From contig NC_083417.1 in the NCBI RefSeq assembly GCF_020745735.1, forward strand, positions 62,062,001 to 62,126,000: 64,000 bases of DNA. Direction: 5' to 3'. This stretch comes from Hemiscyllium ocellatum. Lineage: Eukaryota. This document shows, in pieces, positions 37,590-49,300 of this stretch (within the stretch, counting starts at the first letter, position 1; each line of letters opens with the position of its first letter). Below the pieces are notes generated by a model. It saw nothing but the letters and a program-made list of their open reading frames with translations. It did no database searches and was not told the origin of the DNA. The position numbers and the translations under genes were made by a program.

Positions 37590-38080
37590 AACACACTTTA
37601 TTTTTACACAACATTAAAATACAGACAAGATAGAAATTTAAAATAAAATTGGATTAGCTGTAATCCTATTGAAATGCTTATTAAAATAATATATATAAAC
37701 TTCTACTAATTAACTGTTCCAATATAGTAACATCTCATAAACAAACCTTTGGCAAAGGCAAATTCAGTAAAATAGATTGTCCTACATGCAATTCCAGCAG
37801 CAGGAAGTGAACCCCAATGTTTAGATGTAAAAGACAGGGGAATAAGAGCTTCCACATCCAGTTTCAAGACCCCAGCAATTGCTGAAAGCCGAAACTAAAA
37901 ACCCTGATTCTGTGGGAGCTTGACTCCATCTCTTCAGGCTGCTTAATTTGTTCCAACTTAACAAAAAAAAACCCAAGGCCTCACAAGCTTTTTTTTTGAC
38001 TTGGAGTATACTGCTCATCTCCTCAGTCTCAACTTCTTTTAAAATTAAAATATACCTCTTAAAGCCATAGTATTATCACA
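37590..38080 (-). mobile_element. possible LTR remnant
   Basis: minus strand begins TGTGATAAT and has AATAAA near the far end; boundaries uncertain. Confidence 0.3.
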
Positions 38081-38231
38081 AGGCTCAGAATTACACATAA
38101 AACTGTAGTTGAAGCAAAAACAGTATTTAGAAAGGTGTGTCAAAACTGCCTTGCTTTAAGGCACTTTATTTCCTTAATTTTCATGCCAAAATTCTGTGTG
38201 CCTTTCTAACCACTTTCTCGTTCTGTCACCT

Positions 38232-38426
38232 TCAGATTTGCAGGGTAGGTGAATTGGCCATGCTAAATTGCCTGTAGTGTTCAGAGATGTGTGGGTTAAG
38301 TGCATTAATCAGGGGTAAATGTAGAGTAATAGGGTAGGGGATTGGGTCTGGGTCGGTTAATCTTCAGAGGGTCAGTGTGGACTTGTTGGGCCAAATGGCC
38401 TGTTTCATACTGTAGGGATTCTATGA
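38232..38426 (+). mobile_element. HE1-like SINE, 3' half
   Basis: ggtgaattggccatgctaaattgcc..ggcctgtttc..gggattctatg. Confidence 0.8.
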
Positions 38427-38904
38427 ATGTATTTGTGCACTTTTACATCCAGGTACACACCCTTTAAAATAGCCCACTTTATTTCATGTTGCCTGTATTC
38501 TTTTATTTTCAAAATAAAAGTCCATTCCATCAACTTATCTTACAGACCTGACTAAATTGGCAGATTTCCTTTCCTAAAGAGCATGAAGTCAACAGGATGG
38601 ATTTTCAAAACAATTGAGTGGTCTTGATTATTGAGACTAAATTTCAATTTTGGATTTATTTCAATTTGCCAGCGGCCACAGTGGGATTTTAAATTCTTAT
38701 GTCAGGTGGGCTGGTCCAGTAACATAATCATAATGCTATTAATCTTTTTTTTAATTAATGGCATTGCTGTTGTACAACTACTTTAGTTACACCAGTAACT
38801 AAGTAAAAGTTGTTTGGTAGTATGTGCTGAACAAAGATACTTTTTGTCAAAGCTTTTTATCCAGCTGTCATGAATAATGTACCCATTAATGCTGGCACTT
38901 AAAT

Positions 38905-39660
38905 AACAGAAACAAAATTGGAAATCGCTGGAAAAACTCAACAGGTCTGGCAGCATCTGTGAAGAGAAAGCAGAATTATAGAAGATGGTTTGGACTCAGC
39001 TGTCAGCTGGAATGTTGGGAATCCTCGGTTGAGGAAGAAGATGGACATTTCAGAGGCTCCCTTATTGAAGTTGGCAACATTGGCTCAGATGGGGGACCTG
39101 GGATAATGGAATAGAGTCTTTCCAGGAAGCAAAGTGAGAGGATATATAGTCAAGATAACTGTTGGGAGTCGGTGGGTTTCTTATGGAAATTGGCAGTTAG
39201 TCTGTGCCCAAGAAAGGAAACAGAGATATCGAGAAAGGGAATGGAGGAATCAGAGATGGATCAGGTGAAGGAGAGAGCATGGTGGCAATTGTACGGGAAA
39301 TGGATGAATTTTTCCAATTCTAGATGAGAGAGGGAAGAAGCATTGATTATGTAATTTGATATATCGGAGAAAGAGCTGTGGGTGGGGCCCAGAGTAGGAG
39401 TGGAATGAGGAATGTTCCATGTACCTCACGAAGAGACAGGCATAACTGGGGCCCATGCAGGTACCCATGGTCACCCCTTTGACCTGAAGAAAATGGAGGA
39501 GTTAAAGGAGAATTTGTTCAAAGCAAGAATTTGCTCAGCCAGGCTGAGGGTGGTGGTGGATGGAGACGGTTCATGCATTTTTCCAGGAAGAAGCAGAGAG
39601 CCCTGAGATTATCCTGACATAAAGGGATTGCATGTCCACTGTAAAGAGGAGGTGGCTGGA
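38905..39660 (-). mobile_element. Penelope-like element relic with RT fragment
   Basis: minus ORF 39250-39474 MGTCMGPSYACLFVRYMEHSSFHSYSGPHPQLFLRYI matches the PLE RT B-C motifs; terminal repeat at 38905-38980. Confidence 0.8.
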
Positions 39661-40355
39661 GCTTTGTTTAGATTTTAAACCAGGAAAATGAACTCTGATT
39701 GATGACTCTGAAGGAGTCTGACTTCTACTCTGAGAAATGGACCAGTCAATTTTGTCACCTATTTTGTTGAATTACATTCTCCATGGCAACACCTCTGCTA
39801 ATCAAAGTCCATTTGCCAACTAATCAGAACTCTCCTCTCATACAGTATAATTGTTGACTTTCCCTTTGAATTGGTATTCTTGCAAATCCTCCTTTTGAAT
39901 GCAGGACAAAATGCTTCGACAGAATACGTATTTCTTCAGCAAAACTCAAGCAATTAAGTCCTTAACTACAAATTTATATGCTTGAGTCACCCAGTTAGAT
40001 TTAAATATTGTCTCTTGTTCTTGCAAAATAACAAATAGCAAGAGCCTTGTTCCTAGTTTGGATACTTCTAATAATGTCTTCCCTGTTCCAAAGTTGTCTG
40101 AGCAACCTATGCTGTTCAAAACTATAACCTTGCACAGGAGTGTCAATGTGATTAAGATGATGGATAAGTAGACAATTTAAACAGTATAAAATACTATCTG
40201 CATTTCCATTCAGTTTTGAAAGGATTGTAAAAATATATCTCTATTCTTATACTCAGAGTATAATTTTGTGACAGAAATCTGTACTGTTTACTATTCACCT
40301 TACCCTTACTATTGTTTGCATTTTCTTTCTTACCCCACCCTGAATCATCATCTAG

Positions 40356-40562
40356 CCTCGTCCGATGCCTCCTGCCTCCCCTGTCCATCGCCGATCACCT
40401 GTTCCAGTAGAAAAGGTGGAGGATGATTATGATGATGAAGTTGTTTCCGAATCTTCGGATTACTCTGTGCTGATCAGAATGAGCCCCTCACACCACAGGG
40501 ATAAGGAACAAATCTTATCTGTAGAAGTTCCAGCTGAAGAAGAAGAGGATTCTGAAAAATGA
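40356..40562 (+). CDS. CNGB1: CNGB1 terminal coding exon to stop codon
   Basis: pyrimidine tract then tctAG; in-frame PRPMPPASPVHRRSPVPVEKVEDDYDDEVVSESSDYSVLIRMSPSHHRDKEQILSVEVPAEEEEDSEK*; SVxIxMSP...EQILSV resembles the CNGB1 C-terminus. Confidence 0.88.
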   Translation, partial: PRPMPPASPVHRRSPVPVEKVEDDYDDEVVSESSDYSVLIRMSPSHHRDKEQILSVEVPAEEEEDSEK

Positions 40563-40666
40563 TACTGCTTTGGCTTTGTGTATTGTGCTGTTAACAGTAC
40601 CAGTTAAAACTAGGCCTGAGATGCATTTACTAATAGTTCAGCTCACAGTGCCACCAATGCATTCGG

Positions 40667-40672
40667 AATAAA
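40667..40672 (+). terminator. candidate polyadenylation signal AATAAA for CNGB1 (another at 41012-41017)
   Basis: AATAAA about 105 nt after the stop codon; usage not demonstrable from sequence. Confidence 0.45.
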
Positions 40673-41311
40673 GATAGACTCGCAATGATAAAATATCATT
40701 CACAAACTCAGGATGTCTCAAGTCAATTAAATGCTTAAGTAGCCAATGATGTAATGTGGGAAACACAATGTCTAATTTGTGCACAATTATCTAATCTGTT
40801 TTAGGTATTGTTATGTGCTATGTTTGCTAGGAAGATCAAGAACTACTACTGTGACCAGTTGCTACACTAGTCATATATTTTAACAAGAAAATCAAACTGC
40901 GTCTGTCGGGGACCAATTCCAAGAATACGCTGACAGAAATTACTGAACACTGTGTTCCAGACAGTGCAAGTATCAACTGATCAGCAAATTTATATTTCTC
41001 CAACACTCATAAATAAAGATTCTGCAGACATATGCAACCATTCATGCATACAGCTCATGTGTGTGATCACAACATTTTCAAACATAGTCTATGGACTCCC
41101 AAACCATATATAGATGTTATACATTACACATCATAGACACGTCAGGCACACACTTACGAAACATATGGGAAGTAATCCTATCCACAGCAGTAGCAATGCA
41201 AAAGTGTCTAATACTTAGTCACGTACCACCTGCATATTTTACTACATTGAATGTTAACTGAGAACACTAACATATGTATGTCACTAATTATTGTTAAGTC
41301 ATTAGTGTTGA

Positions 41312-41346
41312 ATATATATATATATATAATATATATATATATATAT
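41312..41346. repeat. (TA)n microsatellite
   Basis: direct reading, one interruption. Confidence 0.95.
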
Positions 41347-41863
41347 GCAACTAAGTGTGTATGTGTGTTAATTATGCACTGCGTGCAGTTATATAAAGGT
41401 GATTTTGCAAACTTGAAAATGCTTTGCTTTTCTGGACATTCTAAAATTAGCCAGACTCTTCAGAAACAAGTTGTCATCATGATGACCCCTATGAAATGGG
41501 CATCTTCTCTACAAAATGAAGCTTCATGATATATCAATTATATGTTCCCAATAATTTACTGGGCAAAGCCAGTAAAAGAGGAAGGGAATCCTGCCTTATC
41601 CTGCCTTCCTTGCCCCTACCCTAGAGAATAACATTCTAGTTTCTGCCTTGATCGCTTTCAACAAGATAACTCTTCAACATCAGGACTTCTGAAGGGCAAA
41701 TTTTAAAACTCAACTTAAATTGCATTGTGCAACCATCACTATCTCTCCTGCATTCAACCAAAATGGCACAACATGGATAGAGACTTTGATGGAGTTCCAA
41801 CATCCAATGTGGATAATGGCATGTGAATATGGTTCTTTAACCAATGATTTACCTTCAAGATTA

Positions 41864-42126
41864 CATTCCCACCTCAGGCGACTGACTGTGTGGAGTTTGC
41901 ACGTTCTCCCTGTGTCTGCGTGGGTTTCCTCCGGGTGCTCTGGTTTCTTCCCACAGTCCAAAGATGTGCAGTTCAGGTGAATTGGCCATGCTAAATTGCC
42001 CTTAGTGTTAGGTGAAGGGGTAAATGTAGGGGAATAGGTCTGGGTGGGTGTGCTTCTGCGGGTTGGTGTGGACTTGTTGGGCCGAAGGGCCTGTTTCCAC
42101 ACTGTAAGTAATCTAATCTAATCTAA
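41864..42126 (+). mobile_element. HE1-like SINE, 5'-truncated, (TCTAA)n tail
   Basis: ctgtgtggagtttgcacgttctccc..gggcctgtttccacactgtaagtaatctaatctaatctaa. Confidence 0.9.
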
Positions 42127-42394
42127 GATAATTTTAGGGAACAGCCTATCGGGTGTATAGTAAGGAGGAACTTGTGTAGTCTCAAGTCTAGCATAGGCAA
42201 GTTTCCTGTTTATTTTCATATGTACAATTGCGAGTTACCATTCAAAGCGTATGCAGCCAACTATTCCAATTACCTTGTCAAAATTCTATGAAAGAAGTCC
42301 AGGTGGCAAAATTCTATCCACTCCGAAGTTGACAAGTTGGCTTTGGAGAGATGCGCGCTCCCTTTTTGCTATTTCACCAAATGGGTAAGAAGGT

Positions 42395-42680
42395 TAGAAC
42401 ATAGAACAATGTAGCGCAGAACAGGCCCTTCGGCCCTTGATGTTGCACCGACCTGTGAACTATTCTCAGCTATCCCCCTACACTATCCCATCATCATCCA
42501 TTTGCTAATCCAAGGATTGTTTAAATGCCCCTAATGTGGCTGAGTTAACTACATTGGCAGGTAGGGCATTCCACACCCTTACCACTCTCTGAGTAAAGAA
42601 CCTCCTCTGACATCTGTCTTAAATCTATCACCCCTCAACTTGTAGTTATGCCCCCTCATACAAGTTGATGTCATCATCCT
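42395..42680 (-). mobile_element. CR1 3'-end fragment
   Basis: tagaacatagaac tail then aggcccttcggccc; similar to 29304-29560. Confidence 0.85.
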
Positions 42681-43594
42681 AACGGGCTATAGCAAGGAGA
42701 AACTTATGTCGTCTCAAGTCTAGCTGGGAACTTTCTCAAATTGCCACTTTGCCAATTACCTCCCTCCCTAATGGATGAGGAAAGTATCTGGTTTTCTGAC
42801 TTTGTTACCAGGATGCCCGGTCAGCCACATTTGGGGAATGGAGGATTCTATATGCTCCAATCTGGGGGCAATCAGCAGTATAGATGGGACTATGGTGATA
42901 ACCTCTGAAAGGCACCCTTCTGCTCGTCTCTGACCTCCCTCAAACCCATCCATGTAAAGTAAAATTAAAAAAACCTACCTTCTCACTGTTGAATCTCTGA
43001 AGGAGTAGTAATTGACTGATGGTCTTTAGATACATGGGTGTGCTGGCCTTTGATTGACTGGCAGTTTTTGGTAAGTGGATGCTATCTTCAAGAACTGTGA
43101 TAGGCTAAGAAGCCCACCAAAGCTCAGTAGTCCACAGTAAACAAGTGGTTGGCATCTGATATAGCATGCTTTCTTGATGGGCGGTGGGGGCAGCAAGTTA
43201 GTTTACACACCTGTACCTAATGTAGCCTCAAACATAGATAATCACACCCAGTGTAAGTGGAATGCTGCATTATTCATGTCGGATTACTGGACATCATTTA
43301 GTTCTTACTGCAATGACTCATTGAAGTTGAATTTATGAAAGTTTCTCTTTTATGGAGCTGTTGATGTATATTACTAATTATACGTCTGTCTTATAACATG
43401 CTTACAATTAATCAGATTATACAAAGAACTTGATATTTATATTTCTACAAACTAGTTTGATATGATTGTTACAATCCCCATGGAGACTAATAACATTTAA
43501 AAAGAGATTAGAATTCCCAGTGAATTATTCAAAGGACCACAAAAGATTTCACATTTTAAGACTTTTACTGTAACAAACCAAAATCAACATTAAG

Positions 43595-43932
43595 GGAAGT
43601 TGGTGGCATAATGATAAATCACTGAACCAACAATCTAGAAAACCCGAGCTAAAGGTCTGATGAGATGGTATCCTAATGTGGCAAATTTGAATTCAATTTT
43701 TTTAAAAACTGGATAAATAGCTAGCTTAATAGTGACCATTTAACAACGTTTGATTATTGTGAAAACCCATCTGGTTCTTGAATGCCCTTAAGGGAAGAAA
43801 AATTGCCATCCTTACTTGGTCTAGCCTAGATGTGATTCCAGACTCACAGCAATATGGTTGACTCTTATCTGCCCTCTTGGCAATTAGGGATAGACAATAA
43901 ATGTTGGCCACATCCCATAAATGAATAAAAAA
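43595..43932 (+). mobile_element. decayed tRNA-type SINE (related copy on minus strand at about 45035-45385)
   Basis: ggtggcataatg..cttaagggaagaaaattgccatccttacttggtctagcct..atgaataaaaaaa; reverse match at 45035-45385. Confidence 0.55.
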
Positions 43933-46289
43933 ATTCAAGTCATTCTTTAGCAAGCAACTAAGTATATTCCCTTACCTTCCTAAAATGACTGAAAATTCCA
44001 TGCTGCATTTTTATTTTACATCAAACCCTGGGCAGAATCGTAAGGCAGGATCTTCTGGGTTGACTGAAGCCTCTAAAAAGGGCTGGAGGATGAACTCAAT
44101 TGGGTGAGAGACAAATATTCAGTTTTCTATTGGCAGGTTAAAGTTTTAATGTTATGTTCTAAGTGCCATCAGCCTTTCAGATAGATCAGCTTTCCTGACC
44201 TTGATGGCCAGGTTGCATTCATTAGCATATCATGAGAACACATTAACACTCCTATCCACTGGAATTACATTCACAGGCACAATCTTGTTACAGTAAAATG
44301 TAGAACAAGTGTGTTCACAAACCTGACTGCTAATATGAGGCATGTACCTGGCATTATCGATTACTTCCTCCAAAACTTTGGTGAATACAAACATTTTCAG
44401 TAACTTCTCTCCTTAATTATGAGCATTTTTTTGCACACACACTTGCAGTGTAAGGGCCAAAGCCTGACCTGGGAAACCAACTCATGAGAAGTCTCAGTCA
44501 TATGCATCCTACCTGTGGTGTTAAATGTCTATAATGCGAGGGATGAAGTGTGACCTCGGTCAATAGGCCTGCTCAGGTGTGGCAGTACATCAGCTGACAT
44601 CACCAAACCTGAGCAGGACTGGCAAGTGGGGCTGAACTCAATAGGTTCAGATAAAGGTTATGTAGAAAGGAATGGTAACAAATGGAACCGAAAGGGCATT
44701 GTTTTCAGGGGCACTGGAAGTTCCTGGGGAATGGAGGGAGGAAACTGGGATGCGTAATAGAGATTGACAGTGATAGGAGCAAGAGGACAAGGAAGGGTGG
44801 GAGCTGCATTTTTGGGTCGAGTGAGTAGGTGCTGGAGGTGAGAAACATCAGGCAAATTGAGTAAAAGGTGCTGAAGGATAAGGCTGGGTACTGGGCTATG
44901 GATGAGAGTGGGATCGGGGAGGATATTGAAGCAGATGGGGAAACAGTTGATAGTCATGGAGGATGAAAGAAAAGGACAGAAGGAATGCCACGGGAAAAGA
45001 GAAGACCATCTACAGTGACGGTGGAAGAAGTGTTTTTTTTATTCATTTACAGGGATGAAGCATCACTGGCAAGGCCAACATGGACTGCTCATCTCTAATT
45101 GTTCAGAGTGCCAGTAAGAGTCAACCACATTTCTGTCGGTCAGGACTTACATGTAGGCCAGACCAGGTAAAGATGGCAGCTTCCTTTCCTAAAGGACATT
45201 AATCTATCAGATGTGTTTTTCCTGACAATCAACAATAGATTCATGTTATCATTAGACTCTTAATTGTAGGCATTTGTCTAAATAAAATTCTACCATCTAT
45301 GGTGGCAGGATTCCAACCTAGGTCCCCAGAACATTACCCTGGTCACAGTCTAGCAATAATACCACTAGGACATTGCCTCCCCAAGTAGTGCAATGTAAGG
45401 TGGAGGGTAGAGGATGGATGAATGAAATTTTAAAAATTTACAATCACCATTTCTCACCTAAATGAGCTCATGACAGAAGTCCTCATAGGGGATGCACAGT
45501 ACAAATTGGAAGGGGCAGAGATCTGTTTGCATATGTTCCTGTGTAATGCAAACACACCCAACTAAGCGAATCAAAATAGATACGGAAAAATTCTCTTGTG
45601 TGATCACTCAGTCAAAGGCTAAACATCAAAGGAAAACACTTGCTTCAAAGGTGAAAAATCTTTAGTAACTCCAATACCAGCATCCCAACCTGTCACGTAA
45701 TTCATTTAACTCCTTAACTCTGAGAGGAGTTTGACTCACCAACAATGATGATGGTGATTGGGTGGGAGTGAGGAGCAGGGTTATCCCATATGCAGGGAGT
45801 GTTTCAGACTTGTGGATCTGTAAGTTAAAGACAGGAAGATGAAACCGTTAAAGTCTGTGGTTTCCAAGATTATAGGGCTGTGTAATGAAGGATAATGAAG
45901 GCCATCAAGAGTCAGATCCTGCAAATTACCATATACTTAGAAAGCATAGCAAAAGGAATGGAAATCAAGGGTACAAAGTTCTTGCACGTGGCAGAATAAG
46001 GAAAAGGAAAAACAGTCATGAGTCAAGGAGGCAGTGCTCACTATATAGAGATGTCTGTTGGGTAGGCTTTCACACAACACATGAACAGCCTAATAAAGGT
46101 CCAAGTAGTAGATTTTCAATGTCAATATCTCAAATGAAAAGCAAAGATCCCATTTCTGATATTTATTTGCAAAATAGCTCATTCATGCTAGATGTTTGAC
46201 CAACTTAACCCAAGCAGCACCTGAAGATGGGAACCAGGACCTTCAGTGCCATTGAGCAAGGGAGCATCATTTGAAGATATTGTAGCTAC

Positions 46290-46620
46290 CTGTAGATGAA
46301 TGAAGGGCAGTGCAGGAGATGTTGCATGATTAGGGACACCATCACCTTCATCTATCACATCGTCCAGCCAGGATTACACTCCCTCAAAGTCCAGCTCATT
46401 TCTGACCACAGTGCACCTGCTCTCCAGGGAGCTGTCAAAACATTTACATTCTACACAACTCAGCTGTTCACTTCTCAACATCATCTCCAGAACTGGCTTA
46501 TGGGATGACAAGGGGTTGGCCCAGAGGAATTTCTAATGACCCCAATATGAAATCCTCACTGATTATGAACAGAGCTACAATGCTATCCATGCATTCACAA
46601 GGGCCTTCTTTGAATAGACA
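46290..46620 (+). mobile_element. PIF/Harbinger transposase relic
   Basis: MNEGQCRRCCMIRDTITFIYHIVQPGL..LKV resembles the N-terminus of HARBI1-like transposases; heavily decayed. Confidence 0.4.
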
Positions 46621-48899
46621 ATTAATCTCAGAAGGTGCTATCATCCCAAGTGGACAAGTTGGATCCCAGAATGAAATCCTGCTTGATAAGTCATATTTTC
46701 TTTAGTTGATGAGGCAAACAGTCATTGAAATGTGGTCACATAAAACTGCAGCCTTTCTTCAACAGAAGAACACAAAAGACACCAAGCTAAACCTAGAACA
46801 CAACTTGAAAGATCTTAAAAGACAGAGCAAAAATCAATCCTCACCCTGTTTCTCAATATATCTATTACTGAGACGGAAATTCAGATAAATTACCACTCTA
46901 TCAAATCTTTCAGTTTAACTTATTCTCCTCCATCCTTTCCTGTGAACTGTGAAATATTCTGACATGAATATCCATGGAATTCAGAGCTTAGATTTCTCAG
47001 CTTTGCACATTTATCATGAAAACTGTTGGTTTACATGTTTCACAAACAAACTTTTATACTGTGGTAACTGTGCTTTCCCTGATCAGTCTTATACTCCTTT
47101 CTTAGAGAGAAACTACATTTACTTCTGACCCTGTTAAGGTCTCCTACAAATTACTCTCTTTCAGTCTCTGGGTTTTCTAAGCTAAAGCCAAACCTTGATT
47201 ATCTATAACCCAAAGCAAGCTTTTGGCCTTCAATGTTGACCCACCTATCATATAAAAAAACAATCTCCCATTATGCTCCAGGGCATCCTTGTTTTCTTAC
47301 ACATATTGGATTAGGTTTGACCAAATTATTTTTTAAACCCTTCAATAAAGTAACCAACCGTATATGCCATGATTTAAAAATTCAAACTGTAAAAATGACA
47401 TTAGTACAACTATATTAATCTCATATCTTTCACCACAATGTTTTTACTTTACCTAGACCAGTCAGAAGGGGCATTCCAGCACTCACCAGACAGAAGTAAT
47501 TGTTTGCTGCATGCTGAACCACTTAGTTCATTTATATTGTGAGAATGTAGAAGTGAGGGCAAAGGACTGTACACCTGCCTCCTGAGATGAGAAAGAAATG
47601 GAATCTAATAGAGATACTGCATGGACCAATGCTGATAATGGCTAATTATGGCCTACAGGTTTTATGCCTTCAAGGGAATGCTTGTTTTATATCTTTAAAA
47701 CATTAAGATACTTTATTTGCATTAATTGTATGTTAATTTGTTCCCTTGGCATCAATATATGACACTATGACCTCCTGGTCAGTTTTCAGACCAGAGCATA
47801 AGCATAAAATTTGCAGGATTACAAAAGAAAAGAGCTTAAATGACTCAAATCTTAGTTTTTAAAGGACTTCCATCTATTAGTGAGATATTGAGGGCTAAAA
47901 TGTGCTGCTTAACTCTCAAACATACAGCTTAAATATCACCTACAGTCTTTAAAAGAACTAACCCAAATTTATTCCCAGTTTCCAAATTTCAGAAACAGAA
48001 AGAATTCTCCAAACCAGATCTAATTCATGTCAAAGTCATGGTTTGAATCATCTAGCCAAGGGTGATCTAATAATTTATACAACGACCTTTTAACTGAGAG
48101 GGATAATATTAAAAACTAGTTGTGGGTGTTGGCTTGGTTGTGGAAATAAGGTTAAGTCACCAAAGCTGAGATTTTCTCGTTGACATTGTCTTATTGTCAG
48201 TAATGCTCCTTTTAAAGTCAATAATTGTAGAACTGATCAGAAAAGCTAGTCCCAACTCAACAAAACCAATCATGACCATATCAGTGTGGAACCGTAGATG
48301 GGGAATAGAGGTACATTGCTAATGGCACACGATTATAACTTCAGGTTTAAAGACTATGGATTTTACAAGGATTGAGATAGTAGGTGGGAAATGTAGATAA
48401 AATTAAAAGGGGAAAGGTTGATAAACTAAAGATAGATATGTGCTATGCATCTTGATTTCACTGAGAACACTGCAAGCAAGGAGACAGTGTTTATAATGAT
48501 ATATAATCATATATAATCAACAAATATAATGTTTATATTTGTCGTTCACTTTCACAAAAGAAGAAAGTGCCTGTCCATTGCTTTTGTATTTGTTGTGTGC
48601 CTAGATCGTAGCCCTGCTAGTTGCAGAAGTAGATGGATTCTTGATGGAGAAGGGAGTAACAAATTATTGGGGATAGGACAGAATGTGGATTGATCATATC
48701 CGCCAGGCTTGCACTGAATGGTGCAGCGAGTTCGAAGGGCCGAATAGCCTGGTCCTGCTCCTAATATGTTTGATTGTACGTATCCAGTGTTTGTATTAGA
48801 ATGTTTTCTCCCCCTGTATTTCTCTTAGGCCCATGTTATTACCCTTCCTTTTGTCCTGTTACCTATGTGTTGCGACTGTCTGTGTTTCCACCTTTAAAT

Positions 48900-49300
48900 T
48901 TCGAATTCCTGGAACTTTTCCCGTTTTATCATGGACCCGCATGCTCGCTGAATTCCTCGCCATTGATTGGCCGGTGCCGGGCGGGAGCCTGAGCCTGATT
49001 GGTTGGGTGTAGCTGACAGTCATGGGGCAGGAGCCGTGGAGCCGACGCTGGGACCCGGGGAGTAGCGGAGGTTTGCTCTCAGCCTGAGTCCGGTTTGCGG
49101 GGGTGGTGGGACTTTGGTGAGTATTATCCTCTCATTCCCGAACGGGTGCAGGCTGCGAGATTCCTGTTTGAAGGAATGTAGTCGGTGGGCAATACCTATC
49201 TGTCTGCAGCCCCAGCTCCTTGGTTGCAGGGGGGTTATGAGCTTCATCTGCGGCCGAGATAGGCTGGGCATTTGGCTCACAGCGGGATGTCTCTCCTCTC
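48900..49300 (+). promoter_or_regulatory. CpG-rich promoter with two inverted CCAAT boxes, GC box and candidate first exon ending at 49116
   Basis: ATTGG at 48966 and 48998, GGGCGGGA at 48979, local CpG enrichment in a CpG-poor window, donor TTG|GTGAGT at 49117. Confidence 0.75.

Noticed and set aside
1223-40562. Assignment as CNGB3 or a CNGA subunit
   Set aside because: [26 protein letters not shown] and the EQILSV tail fit CNGB1 as I recall it; a phylogeny would be decisive
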